This document shows positions 1-9,234 of a stretch of DNA of 20,000 bases, piece by piece (positions within the stretch are counted from its first letter, which is position 1; each line of letters begins with the position of its first letter). The DNA comes from an uncultured virus (IMG/VR IMGVR_UViG_3300044630_001353). Lineage: Duplodnaviria > Heunggongvirae > Uroviricota > Caudoviricetes. The stretch is taken from IMG/VR virus record IMGVR_UViG_3300044630_001353; one strand, 5' to 3'. The notes beneath the pieces are model-generated. The model was not told the origin of the DNA. It made no database searches and was given only the letters and a program-made list of their open reading frames with translations. A program made the position numbers and the translations under genes.

Positions 1-2
1 CA

Positions 3-3000
3 GAGCCTCAACGTGTGGCAGTTAAGAACCTTGTCATCAGCGCTGCTCAGCAAGTCAACCTGAAGCCGTATCAGGTGCAGTCAGTGTTGTGGTTCTATGA
101 ACAGCAACTCTTTAACAAACTTGGAACAGGAGCGAAGAGCTATGGATTCAGTGACGGTGCAAAAAAATTCGTTGAAACGCAAGGAGCTGGAAGCGGAAAA
201 GTGCCTCCTCCAACTGGGGGTGGTAATGCGCCAGCGAACAAACCAGCCGGACAGCGAGCAGGACAGGCAAGCGCTCCAGCGAGTCAACAACCTGCTGGCA
301 AACCTAAAAAGCTAAGCTTAGGTGTGGTGGGCGAAGTTGCCCCCAACCCTGACCACCCAACCGCCGCACAGTGGCGTGAGATGACGCAATCAGAACGTTT
401 AAACGCTACAACTGCGGTGGCCAGAAAGGTGATGAACGGCATCTTTGACGAGCTGAACCTTCAAGGCTACAAGTTTAAATTCTCTACCGGTACTTATGAA
501 GGTGAAATGAACCCCAACATTATTGTTGAGGCACCTGCAGACGCCAGCCTTGAGGAGCTTAATGAGCTAGCACGTGTCATGGGTTACGCCCTTGACCAAA
601 AAGCCATGGTCGTGTTTGATGATGAGAACACCAGCTCTGAAAATCAAGAAGGCCATGTCATGATAAAAGTGCCCGAGGGCATGAGCGAGGAAGTTTTTGA
701 CGCATTACGCGACCACATTGGTCGTGCCGTACCACAAGTTGAAGGCGACACCTTGCGTGATGGCATGTTGTATTTTGGCAATTTTTCCGCTTACAACGAC
801 AACATTGAAACGGTTACTGACAGACAGTATTATGATGCTATTAAAGATGCTGTCGCAACATTTGACTACGATGGCGACATTGAGATTTACGAGCCTCAGC
901 GGTTCCACAGTGAATTGATTTGGCCTGCAAACAGAGAAGCCTATTTAGAGGGGACACGCTATGGCGCGAGTAATCGAGAAGAAGTACCAGCAGGGGCAGA
1001 GGCCGTTCGGGGGTTCGGGGGTCGCCGTCTTCAGACCTTATCGGAAGACGCAATCGCCCTCAGAGACCGTTGGATTGACGCCCGAGGATCGGCTCGCCTC
1101 GGCGGCAGAAGCCAGCCTAATGCGACAAGTTATGGCGAACCAACAGCCGAGTATGGCACAGCAACGCCCGACTCAACCTCAGTCACAGGCGTCCACTTCA
1201 GCAAGCAAGCAAGAGCCTCAATAAACTCTGGCTTTTACGGCAACGGACTGCGCGGTTTAGAGTCCGAGCGTTTAAATGACCCAGCTAATTCCGACATCCG
1301 CTCACGTGCGTATTTTTACGTAGACACCGGAAAAGGTGTACGTCCGGAGGCTGGTGTTGGTGGCGTACCACACGTCATTCAACTAAACAATCTGTACGAT
1401 GCGCAGAAAGACCCGTTGCAGATCGTTAAGAATGTACGTGGTACCACAGCCGAGGAACGCGCTGACAGGCTAGAGCGTGGCATTATGAATGCTGGCTTTG
1501 ATGGTTACGTGACCCGCGACCCAATCATGAGCCAAGGTTTTGCGGTGTTGATTGGCAATCACAACATCAAGACTGGTCAAAAATACAGCCTGCAAGAAGC
1601 CCCAGATACGCCTGAGTTTAAACGGTGGTTTGGTGACAGCAAGGTTGTGGATGCTGATGGCAAGCCTTTAGTTGTTTACCACGCAACATCTGATGACTTT
1701 GATAGCTTTGACCCCTCCCAAGACAGAAGAGAAAATGGTTTAATTTTCTTTGCCGAAGATTCTGCTAATGCAGAAGCAACAAGATTTTTTGACAAGAGAG
1801 AAGCAACGCAGGTTATGCCTGTGTATTTACAAATTAAGAAAATGTTTAACGGACTTCAAGGAGTTCCCAAAGAACTGCAAAACTGGATATTGTCAAACAA
1901 AAATAATTTAAAAAAAGAGCTAAACCAATACGAGCAAGATTGGGGCTTGGCACTGAGCGCCTTAGACTATCTTGACAAGGATGACACGGGCAATTTCAAC
2001 CCTAAAAATTACATCAAAGCAATAGCCAGTGGCGAATGGCAGGCAATTGAGGCATCCAAGTCTTTAATTAACAAAATTAAAGAGCTTGGTTATGACGGCA
2101 TCAAGATGTATGAAGACGGCAATACCTACGCCGTATTTAAACCTACGCAAATCAAATCAGCCACAGGCAACATTGGTACGTTTGACGCCACCAACCCCGA
2201 CATTCGTTACAGTCTTCGGGCAGTGGAGGACACACCTAACTTTAAACGCTTCTTTAAAGAGAGCAAGTTCGTGGACAACAACGGCAACCCGTTGACGATG
2301 TACCACGCAACCAACGCCGACATTGTTGAGTTCAACAGCTCTGAGGACGGCAAGCTTGGCGCTGGCATTTACTTGTCATCAGCCCCTGACTATGTGACGC
2401 AGTACGCCCCCGAGGGCAATGTAATGCCTTTGTACGCAAGCGCACAGAACCCTTACGTTTTAAACATCCGCAGTGAAGCTGTTAAGAGCACCTTGCAAAG
2501 CAAGTTGCCTTTTGTCAATGGCATCAACAAGCAGATGGAAGAGGCCGTCACCAAACTTACTGACGGTAAGAAACGTTTAAAGGACCTAAACGGGGAGCAG
2601 GTTCGTAATTTGTTTAAACGCAATGGCTACGACGGCATCATCGCCCGGGACGACGCGGGCAACATCATTGAAGCTACAGTGTTTAAACCTCAGCAGGTAA
2701 AGTCTGCGATTGGTAACGTTGGAACCTTTAGCCCAAAGAGCAAAGACATCCGCTACAGCTTGCGTGATGCCACCGATATGTTTACCGGCAAAGAACTCGA
2801 CAAAGCTTCCAAGACTGAATATAAGGGCCGCTACAAGCTGGTCAACATGCCTATTGATGACTTCTTAAAGTTGTCAAAAATTGCTGGTCAAGACGCCGGT
2901 GCGCAAGGCAGGGCTGATGAAAGAGTGCAAGCTGGTACACCATTTACCAGTGTGCCTTACTTGTACGTAGACCCTGACGGTACTGATTTGCGTGTGACCG

Positions 3001-5810
3001 GACACGATGGCAGACACCGCGCCCGTGCTTTAAAGAGTGCAGGCTACGACACCATGCCAGTCGAATTGCGTAGCATGATCCGCTGGTCGGAGCAGGCTGA
3101 CCCTGAGAGCGCGGATTACCAAGAGACTTGGCCTGAGCGCATCTATGCCGAGGAAGGCGCTCTGCGTGAAGGCGCATCTATCCCCATGCCGGTTACACGG
3201 GAAGAGTCGCCAAAAAACTACACAGCGCCAACCAAGAAACTGAGCGTGCGCAGTGTTGAAGACAGAATTAAGGCTCTGCCTAACGGTGACAAAATGCACC
3301 AAGCGGTATCCAGTAAGACTACGGTCCGCGAGGAGAAGAGCATTGCTCAGCGCATCCTTGATGCATTTGCAGGCGATAGCATTGCATCCATACGCCAGCA
3401 GGCGTTTAACCGCTACAACCAACTGAGCGTCTATGACAAGCGTTTGGCTGATCAAATGGGTGGGGTAGAGTTGTTGGCTGACTCCAGCGCGGAGGCGGCG
3501 GCGTTGCTTTCAGATACCGCATCAGGCGTAGCGGCGGCGGCCTTTGGTGTAAACAATATTGGCGGTGCCCCCGTGTATCGTAACGGCGTTACAGTCGTAG
3601 ATAACTTTGACGGCAAAGTCAAGGGCTTGATGGACATCCTCATGCCGTTGGCTGAGTTAAAAGACCCATACGCTTACCGCGCCTTCCAGTTCTATGCGGC
3701 ATCCAAACGCGGTACCCGCTTTGACAATGACGGCAAAGAGAAGTTGTTTGACAAAGATGATTTTGCTCACGCAGCGGCATTGGAAACAGAATTTCCTATG
3801 TTTAAACAGGTACACAAGGACTGGATTGCGTACAACGACAAGCTTGTTGATTACATGGTGGCTACTGGCATCATTAGTAAAGACAAGGCTAAAGAGTTCA
3901 CCAAGTACGCTGACTACATTCCGTTCTACCGCCAGCTTGAAGGTCAGGACACCATTGGCCCTAGAGTCTTCCAAAGCATCTCAGGCGTCAAGACTCCTAA
4001 AAAGCTCAAGGGTGGCGAGGCCCCGTTAGCTGACTTCATGGAAACCATTGTCCGCAACACTCAGTCCATCATCCAAGCAGGCATGAAGAACACTGCCGGT
4101 CAAAAGGCTGTGGGTGTGGCAATGCAGTTGGGTGATGCCGAGTTACTGCCCAAACAGTCAAGCGCTCCCGGAACAATTACCATCATGCGCAATGGTGAAT
4201 ACGAATCCTACGGTGTGGCCGACGAGCTGTTTGTAAACTCAGTGAAGAGTTTAAACATGCCTGATGTGCAGCTTTGGGGAATTTTTGCTGGCCCAGCCGG
4301 GTTACTGCGTAGCATGGTTACCAAAGACCCCGGCTTCATGTTAGCCAACTTGTTGCGTGACTCGATGTCAGCCTACGTAACGAGCGGTGTCAAGATGACC
4401 CCTGTTGCTGACACCGTAGCTAATTTTGGACGCGCATTGGGCGGGGAAGACCCAACATACATAGCGCTGGTAAAAGCCGGCATTTTGGGTGGATACGACT
4501 ACGCCCAAGGGGTAGAGAGAAGTGGCAGTCAATTGTCCGCAGACCTTCGCAAACGGGTGGGCAACCAATCGCTAAGTGAACGCGCCATGGATGGTTTTGG
4601 CTTGTGGAGTGCGCTTGAAAAAGGAACCTCTGCGTCCGATGCCGCTACCCGCATGGCTGTTTACAACCAAGTCCTTAAAGACACAGGCAACGAGGCTGAG
4701 GCAATCTTCCGCGCACTTGAGGTGATGAACTTCAACCGCAAGGGTGCTAACCCTATGATCCGTCTACTTACTGCCGCAATCCCCTTCCTAAACGCACGTA
4801 TGCAGGGCTTGGATATTTTCTACCGCGCAGGCATCCGACCCTCCTTTGAACAGAACCCAACCGAGCGTCAGAAAGCAATACAGAAAACGTTTTGGACACG
4901 TGGTATGTACCTCACCTCATTGAGTGTTGCGTACTGGGCAATGACCCATGACGACGATGACTACAAGAAGCAAGAGCAAGAGACCCGCGATAACAACTGG
5001 CTGATCCCATCGTTGGGTGTAAAGATTCCAATCCCGTTTGAGGTGGGTGTGCTGTTTAAAGTAATACCTGAACGCATGCTGGGTTACTACTTAGGCGACG
5101 ATACAGGCAAAGACTTTGCAGACTCAATGGGACGTGCGGCTTGGAGCACCTTTGGCTTCTTGCCAGTGCCTCAGACTGCGTTGCCAATGCTTGAGGCGGC
5201 AACCAATTATTCTTTCTACACAGGTAGAAACATTGTCGGTGCCGGCATGGAGGGGGTCTTCCCTGAGTTCCAAAAAGGTCCAAGCACCTCTAAGGTTGCA
5301 ACGCTTTTGGGTGAACAACTGGGTATTTCCCCCATGAAAGTGGATCACATGATCAAGGGGTATACCGGAACGATTGGTACCTACATGGTGGACGTCATTG
5401 ATTCGATTGGTGATTTAAACAGCGAGTCTCCTAAAGCTGCCAAGCGTTTTGAGCAGATGCCTGTGATTAAACGCTTTGCTGTAGACCCTGAAGCCAAAGG
5501 TCAAGTTACCGCTTACTACAAGTTAAAAGACGCAGTCGATGAAACTGTCCGGACAATTAACTTGTTGGAAAGAACTGGACGGTATGAAGAGCTAGCGGAG
5601 TATGGTCAGAAAAATGCCAAACTCTTTGCCTCTCGCCAATACATTTCCGGCATGGAAAAGCAAATGAAGCAAATGCGTGAAGCCGCACTGCAAGTTAACA
5701 GTTCCACTATGAGTGCTGAGGAGAAGCGGGCAACCTTGAGCGCAATCAATCAGGCTCAAATTAAGCTGACCGAGCACGTTCAAGGTGTTAAGAAGATGTT
5801 GTCAGAGTAA
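3..5810 (+). CDS. Giant polyvalent phage protein, 5'-truncated (ART-like module, two ART-PolyVal-like modules, ParB-like module, C-terminal LPD38-like region); probably virion-injected
   Basis: Frame is open from the window edge (EPQRVAVKN...), more than 1930 aa. Two copies of the FKRWFGDSKVVDADGKPLVVYHAT...VMPVYL...GYDGI...VFKPTQIKSATGNIGTF..DIRYS signature (about 1606-2220 and 2233-2765). A more divergent H...YFY ART-like module at about 1183-1570. GHDGRHRARAL ParB/Srx-like motif near 3000. C-terminal IPFLNARMQG...IPIPFEVG...SPMKVDHMIKGYTG is typical of LPD38. Confidence 0.85.
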   Translation, partial: EPQRVAVKNLVISAAQQVNLKPYQVQSVLWFYEQQLFNKLGTGAKSYGFSDGAKKFVETQGAGSGKVPPPTGGGNAPANKPAGQRAGQASAPASQQPAGKPKKLSLGVVGEVAPNPDHPTAAQWREMTQSERLNATTAVARKVMNGIFDELNLQGYKFKFSTGTYEGEMNPNIIVEAPADASLEELNELARVMGYALDQKAMVVFDDENTSSENQEGHVMIKVPEGMSEEVFDALRDHIGRAVPQVEGDTLRDGMLYFGNFSAYNDNIETVTDRQYYDAIKDAVATFDYDGDIEIYEPQRFHSELIWPANREAYLEGTRYGASNREEVPAGAEAVRGFGGRRLQTLSEDAIALRDRWIDARGSARLGGRSQPNATSYGEPTAEYGTATPDSTSVTGVHFSKQARASINSGFYGNGLRGLESERLNDPANSDIRSRAYFYVDTGKGVRPEAGVGGVPHVIQLNNLYDAQKDPLQIVKNVRGTTAEERADRLERGIMNAGFDGYVTRDPIMSQGFAVLIGNHNIKTGQKYSLQEAPDTPEFKRWFGDSKVVDADGKPLVVYHATSDDFDSFDPSQDRRENGLIFFAEDSANAEATRFFDKREATQVMPVYLQIKKMFNGLQGVPKELQNWILSNKNNLKKELNQYEQDWGLALSALDYLDKDDTGNFNPKNYIKAIASGEWQAIEASKSLINKIKELGYDGIKMYEDGNTYAVFKPTQIKSATGNIGTFDATNPDIRYSLRAVEDTPNFKRFFKESKFVDNNGNPLTMYHATNADIVEFNSSEDGKLGAGIYLSSAPDYVTQYAPEGNVMPLYASAQNPYVLNIRSEAVKSTLQSKLPFVNGINKQMEEAVTKLTDGKKRLKDLNGEQVRNLFKRNGYDGIIARDDAGNIIEATVFKPQQVKSAIGNVGTFSPKSKDIRYSLRDATDMFTGKELDKASKTEYKGRYKLVNMPIDDFLKLSKIAGQDAGAQGRADERVQAGTPFTSVPYLYVDPDGTDLRVTGHDGRHRARALKSAGYDTMPVELRSMIRWSEQADPESADYQETWPERIYAEEGALREGASIPMPVTREESPKNYTAPTKKLSVRSVEDRIKALPNGDKMHQAVSSKTTVREEKSIAQRILDAFAGDSIASIRQQAFNRYNQLSVYDKRLADQMGGVELLADSSAEAAALLSDTASGVAAAAFGVNNIGGAPVYRNGVTVVDNFDGKVKGLMDILMPLAELKDPYAYRAFQFYAASKRGTRFDNDGKEKLFDKDDFAHAAALETEFPMFKQVHKDWIAYNDKLVDYMVATGIISKDKAKEFTKYADYIPFYRQLEGQDTIGPRVFQSISGVKTPKKLKGGEAPLADFMETIVRNTQSIIQAGMKNTAGQKAVGVAMQLGDAELLPKQSSAPGTITIMRNGEYESYGVADELFVNSVKSLNMPDVQLWGIFAGPAGLLRSMVTKDPGFMLANLLRDSMSAYVTSGVKMTPVADTVANFGRALGGEDPTYIALVKAGILGGYDYAQGVERSGSQLSADLRKRVGNQSLSERAMDGFGLWSALEKGTSASDAATRMAVYNQVLKDTGNEAEAIFRALEVMNFNRKGANPMIRLLTAAIPFLNARMQGLDIFYRAGIRPSFEQNPTERQKAIQKTFWTRGMYLTSLSVAYWAMTHDDDDYKKQEQETRDNNWLIPSLGVKIPIPFEVGVLFKVIPERMLGYYLGDDTGKDFADSMGRAAWSTFGFLPVPQTALPMLEAATNYSFYTGRNIVGAGMEGVFPEFQKGPSTSKVATLLGEQLGISPMKVDHMIKGYTGTIGTYMVDVIDSIGDLNSESPKAAKRFEQMPVIKRFAVDPEAKGQVTAYYKLKDAVDETVRTINLLERTGRYEELAEYGQKNAKLFASRQYISGMEKQMKQMREAALQVNSSTMSAEEKRATLSAINQAQIKLTEHVQGVKKMLSE

Positions 5811-6084
5811 GATGATCCGTCTCAAAAAGCCAACCAATGGTTTTTCGGTGGGCCTCATCCCAAGCCTCAAACTTCTCCTGCTTGCTTAGGGTTTTCCCTT
5901 GGTCGATGTTTGCGTGGCATGTGTAGCACAGTGCCGCAATACGGTAGTCATGGGCTTTGATGCCCATGCCTTTGCCGTCGCGCTGTTGGTTGGAGTGCGC
6001 CGCCACCACAGTACCGTCTTCAGCACCGCAAAGCTGGCAGGGGCACTCCCTGACCAGCTCTAGCAGTTTCTTATTACGGTACAT
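5788..6084 (-). CDS. DUF1364/YbcO-like zinc-binding putative nuclease
   Basis: CPCQLC...VVAAHSNQ...GKGMGIKAHD...AALCYTCH motif pattern; 3' end overlaps the convergent giant gene by 23 bp. Confidence 0.75.
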   Translation of the reverse strand: MYRNKKLLELVRECPCQLCGAEDGTVVAAHSNQQRDGKGMGIKAHDYRIAALCYTCHANIDQGKTLSKQEKFEAWDEAHRKTIGWLFETDHLTLTTSS

Positions 6085-6283
6085 CTTGCTTGCTTAGGAA
6101 GTCAACGTAACGGGCAATTTCTTTTCCGGTGTAGTCGATGTCGCCATACCCCAGAAACCGCGCTGCAATCCGTTTAAACGCAGCCTGCTGCGCTGCCTGC
6201 CAAACTTCGTAGCTCCAGCCCCCGTCGTCCTCAAAGGCTTTAGAGCCAATGAAATCGCAGTATTCCTGTTTGCACTCAGTCAT
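6074..6283 (-). CDS. hypothetical phage protein (69 aa)
   Basis: ATG start overlaps upstream stop (ATGA); part of a coupled operon. Confidence 0.7.
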   Translation of the reverse strand: MTECKQEYCDFIGSKAFEDDGGWSYEVWQAAQQAAFKRIAARFLGYGDIDYTGKEIARYVDFLSKQDVP

Positions 6284-6510
6284 AGGAGCGCCTGAAATTC
6301 TGCAAGCTTTTGTGCGTAGTGACGGGCTTTTTCGGAGTCATGAGAGCCGTCCTTGTGCCCCTGTCGCATAGCGTATTTAATGATGTTGCCCTTGAGGAAT
6401 CCTACAAACTCCTCGGGCGTTAGTACTGCCTCCATCACAGACCATGGTTGCATCTCCATGTCTTTGTAATGGCGACCATCTATTTGGTAATCATCCGCTC
6501 TTTGAATCAT
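6280..6510 (-). CDS. DUF3310 (SaV-like) protein
   Basis: GRHYKDMEMQPW...FLKGNIIKYAMRQGHK...DSEKARHY signature. Confidence 0.85.
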   Translation of the reverse strand: MIQRADDYQIDGRHYKDMEMQPWSVMEAVLTPEEFVGFLKGNIIKYAMRQGHKDGSHDSEKARHYAQKLAEFQALL

Positions 6511-6679
6511 TTTGTTCCTTTAATTTAAGCATGTAGTACGGAGTTGAAAACTTTGCCTTTTTCTTGACAATGGTGCGGAGCCATTCAGCCCCGCCCAAGT
6601 CTTGCAACATCAGCCATTCAAGGTCTGACATTCTGACCTGACGACCTATTAAAGGCATTGGTGGTTTAGGTCTCGGCAT
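6491..6679 (-). CDS. small putative ribbon-helix-helix DNA-binding protein
   Basis: MPRPKPP...RQVRMSDLEW...LGGAEWLR; ATG at 6679 preceded by GGAGG. Confidence 0.6.
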   Translation of the reverse strand: MPRPKPPMPLIGRQVRMSDLEWLMLQDLGGAEWLRTIVKKKAKFSTPYYMLKLKEQNDSKSG

Positions 6680-6857
6680 GCTTTGGCCTCCTTGTGACTC
6701 TGTTGGTCCAACACCCAGCACAGTACCACTTGTTTAAACTCATCTGGATGCCGCCCTCCGGGGGTTTGGCCAGATCGCATTTGCCGCACTGTTTAAACTG
6801 ATGTGTGTTGGCCGGCATACCATTTAAAGATAATTGTTGTTTAACAAAACCGTTCAT
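6666..6857 (-). CDS. small zinc-finger protein
   Basis: CGKC...CAGC; ATGA coupling to upstream gene. Confidence 0.7.
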   Translation of the reverse strand: MNGFVKQQLSLNGMPANTHQFKQCGKCDLAKPPEGGIQMSLNKWYCAGCWTNRVTRRPKHAET

Positions 6858-7153
6858 GTTTTCATGTTCCTTATGTAGACTGCAAAGCTTGCCGTTGTAT
6901 TGCCACCATTTTTCATGCGGTCAAACTCTTGGGCAACTTGTTCCAGTACTTGGTTGCGAACATCGTACTTTTTAGGATCAATGGCTAATTTCAGTGCATC
7001 ATTTATTTGACGGTACACCAAAGCCTCCTCTAACAATTGCTCCATCTCTTTGGCGGCTTGCAAATGAAAGGGGCTGATTGGCACATTGCTAGCAATTGAG
7101 CGCATCATGCCAATGGTTTGTCTTACTGTGGTTTCACTTAAACGTTTAGGCAT
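6854..7153 (-). CDS. hypothetical phage protein (99 aa)
   Basis: Overlaps both neighbours; C-terminal RNQVLEQVA...[11 protein letters not shown] resembles common small phage proteins. Confidence 0.7.
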   Translation of the reverse strand: MPKRLSETTVRQTIGMMRSIASNVPISPFHLQAAKEMEQLLEEALVYRQINDALKLAIDPKKYDVRNQVLEQVAQEFDRMKNGGNTTASFAVYIRNMKT

Positions 7154-7529
7154 GTGGCACCCTTAACGCTAAACCAATTTCAGCCAACTTTTCACTTACT
7201 TCCTTTTGGCTCTTACGCCCTAAGTTTGGAAGCTTAAGCAGTTCATTAGCTGTCCACTGCTGTAGCTGACCAATGGTGTAAATACCAGCCGCCTTCAAGC
7301 AGTTCCCTGTTCTAACCGTTAACTCCAACCCCTCCACGTACTGCGATGGAAGTTGATGGTTGTTTAAACGTACCAAAGCATCCGTTCTGCTTTTGATCAT
7401 TTCTTCGGCAAGTATGTACGCATTATTGGCGACGTGACTTAATTGGTTTCTATTAGAAAACACTACGCCATTCATGGCGGCTTTCATTGCCTGTATAGCA
7501 AAATTGTCCATCATCTCTTCTTGTGTCAT
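7146..7529 (-). CDS. Protein with RNA polymerase alpha-subunit C-terminal domain (alpha-CTD) fused to a short N-terminal phage domain
   Basis: [25 protein letters not shown]...[21 protein letters not shown] closely matches RpoA CTD (LELTVRSANCLK...LLKTPNLGKKS); ATG at 7529 with GGAG RBS. Confidence 0.85.
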   Translation of the reverse strand: MTQEEMMDNFAIQAMKAAMNGVVFSNRNQLSHVANNAYILAEEMIKSRTDALVRLNNHQLPSQYVEGLELTVRTGNCLKAAGIYTIGQLQQWTANELLKLPNLGRKSQKEVSEKLAEIGLALRVPHA

Positions 7530-7612
7530 GTTGGTACTCCCATAAAGAAAATTGCTCCCCAAAACATAATCACCGCAATGATGATGTATGTCCATATTGT
7601 TGAATTTTTCAT
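7526..7612 (-). CDS. 28-aa single-pass membrane peptide ([28 protein letters not shown]); not in ORF track
   Basis: Manual translation; ATGA overlaps with both flanking genes; fills the gap exactly. Confidence 0.65.
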   Translation of the reverse strand: MKNSTIWTYIIIAVIMFWGAIFFMGVPT

Positions 7613-7833
7613 GGCTTCGCCTCTGTTTTGTTTTGCTTAGCGTCCATACAACTTTTGCAAATAAATAAGTGTAGCCCTGTGGATATGCGTAGTTTCCCGC
7701 CGTAAATAGGTCTGTCTTTTTGACATTTCCAACACATTTTCCAGCGGCGATTCATGCGCTTTTGGTCATTGATTTGTGCAGATGTTGCTGAAATGTTGTC
7801 AGCAATAATATTCCTAAATCCAGTTCCTCTCAT
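7609..7833 (-). CDS. small zinc-finger protein
   Basis: CWKC...CKSC; ATG at 7833 after AAGGAG. Confidence 0.7.
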   Translation of the reverse strand: MRGTGFRNIIADNISATSAQINDQKRMNRRWKMCWKCQKDRPIYGGKLRISTGLHLFICKSCMDAKQNKTEAKP

Positions 7834-7982
7834 GACTTCTCCTTCAGCAAAGCTTCCAGTTTGTCCAAAGCCTTGTCCCAAGCGTCATAGTCAAGCTCGT
7901 TGCTAAAAGCTTTGACCACGGCATGTGCTGACTTCTCGACGCGCTCAAGGTAAGCCATGCGCTTTTTTTCTTCTTCAGTCAT
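7830..7982 (-). CDS. hypothetical 50-aa protein ([50 protein letters not shown]); not in ORF track
   Basis: Manual translation; ATGA overlaps at both ends. Confidence 0.7.
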   Translation of the reverse strand: MTEEEKKRMAYLERVEKSAHAVVKAFSNELDYDAWDKALDKLEALLKEKS

Positions 7983-8185
7983 TCACCCAGCTCCTCAAAT
8001 AGTTGATTAGTTAACTCCCTGACACGGGCAATAACCACGGCCATGTCAGCCTTGTGTGTAAACTCACCAGTCACAGCCATCTTGATGTTGGTCAGGGACT
8101 TGTACATGACAGGCCCCTTTAAAGCAAACAGCAAGTTGTCCTCGTCCTCGGGGTAGGTAAACTCAATGATGGCTTTGGTTTTCAT
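7979..8185 (-). CDS. hypothetical phage protein (68 aa)
   Basis: MKTKAIIEFTYPEDED..LFALKG; coupled operon position. Confidence 0.7.
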   Translation of the reverse strand: MKTKAIIEFTYPEDEDNLLFALKGPVMYKSLTNIKMAVTGEFTHKADMAVVIARVRELTNQLFEELGE

Positions 8186-8339
8186 GCAGGCGTCCCATCG
8201 GTTTAAACGTTAACCACTTGTCGCCCAATCTCAACACAGCCCGTACCCATTGGCGTTGGTTGTGTTGGTTGGTGTGATCGGGGGCAAATTCATTGTTAAA
8301 GAGTTTCCGTGCCTTCTGACGCAGTTGTTGTGTGTGCAT
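8163..8339 (-). CDS. hypothetical phage protein
   Basis: ATG at 8339 after CAGGAG; NQHNQRQWVRAVLRLGDKWL. Confidence 0.65.
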   Translation of the reverse strand: MHTQQLRQKARKLFNNEFAPDHTNQHNQRQWVRAVLRLGDKWLTFKPMGRLHENQSHH

Positions 8340-8562
8340 TTTTGTCTCCTGAAACAGATTCAATTAATGATGTCGGCATCTTGCAAGTAATCCAATAGCC
8401 GTCCTTGTTTAAACTGTAACCACGCTCAGTCATTTCCTCGGGGGTACGGCAACGCCTGTCCACCCCAAACTTGCCAGTCCGGTGCCCGTCAAAGGCACCG
8501 GTGCTGTTGAAATACTCCTTACAGCCTTGGCATTGGTTGCGGTCACCTTTAAGGGGTTTCAT
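8296..8562 (-). CDS. phage FDxHR-type zinc-binding protein
   Basis: CQGCKEYFNSTGAFDGHRTG...RRC motif. Confidence 0.75.
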   Translation of the reverse strand: MKPLKGDRNQCQGCKEYFNSTGAFDGHRTGKFGVDRRCRTPEEMTERGYSLNKDGYWITCKMPTSLIESVSGDKNAHTTTASEGTETL

Positions 8563-8858
8563 GCAACCTCCCGCATCACGTGGGTACTCAACTCATCGCA
8601 GATCACATCAGCAAATGATTGCCCCGAGGGGAAACGCATCTGCCCTGCGTTGTGCGCCGTAATGACCTCGGAGGCTTTGTTTAAACCTTCGTTGAAGCCC
8701 TGCAGGTAAGGGTCACCTACGGTCATGCGTAGGCTAAGCCCCTCCCTGATGACCTGAGCCATAGTGATGCGTTGCTTTTTAGCAAACTTCTTAAGCTTAA
8801 CGTAGTCGTTGTCGTCGATGTACGTCATGAAAGGTTTTAGTTTTTTAGAAGGGGTCAT
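8559..8858 (-). CDS. putative ribbon-helix-helix (CopG/Arc-like) regulator
   Basis: FMTYIDDNDYVKLKKFAKKQRITMAQVIREGL fits the RHH strand-helix-helix pattern. Confidence 0.6.
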   Translation of the reverse strand: MTPSKKLKPFMTYIDDNDYVKLKKFAKKQRITMAQVIREGLSLRMTVGDPYLQGFNEGLNKASEVITAHNAGQMRFPSGQSFADVICDELSTHVMREVA

Positions 8859-9234
8859 TGGTCGTCCCTGATTCAAATTCATGCACTAGCGCGTCAAACT
8901 TCACCTTTGCGTCAATGTTGCCATGAAGCTCGGTGCGGGATTGAATGCCACAGCGTTTACACAACATGTGGGCAGCGTCGGTTTCGTTGTCACACATCAG
9001 GTACTCTTGGAAGTCCGGATTGCGACACAGCATCCCAGCCTTCTGCACACGGTTATCGTATACAGTGGCTGACTCGTCGTCTTGCAGGCGTACCATGACG
9101 CATGCATAACGTGCCCCAACAAAATCCCTGAGCAACTCTTCAGGGGTCTCGTCGGGGTGTATGGCTAGCGTCAAGACAAAACCTGTCCGGTCTTGCTTGA
9201 GCGCTACTTTGCGGCATTCAAATTGCATGGGCAT
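8845..9234 (-). CDS. hypothetical phage protein (129 aa)
   Basis: Long ORF in coupled operon; LCRNPDF...LCKRCGIQSRTEL motif. Confidence 0.75.
   Translation of the reverse strand: MPMQFECRKVALKQDRTGFVLTLAIHPDETPEELLRDFVGARYACVMVRLQDDESATVYDNRVQKAGMLCRNPDFQEYLMCDNETDAAHMLCKRCGIQSRTELHGNIDAKVKFDALVHEFESGTTNDPF

Noticed and set aside
81..5783. Many alternative-frame and antisense ORFs inside the giant gene (likewise inside the primase-helicase and VWA genes, e.g. 18778-19392)
   Set aside because: Shadow ORFs without RBS or recognisable motifs; 18778-19392 is prolonged by the low-complexity repeat.
7146..7529. rpoA pseudogene or host contamination
   Set aside because: Intact ORF with its own RBS and a phage-type N-terminus, coupled within a phage operon; no ribosomal-protein neighbours.
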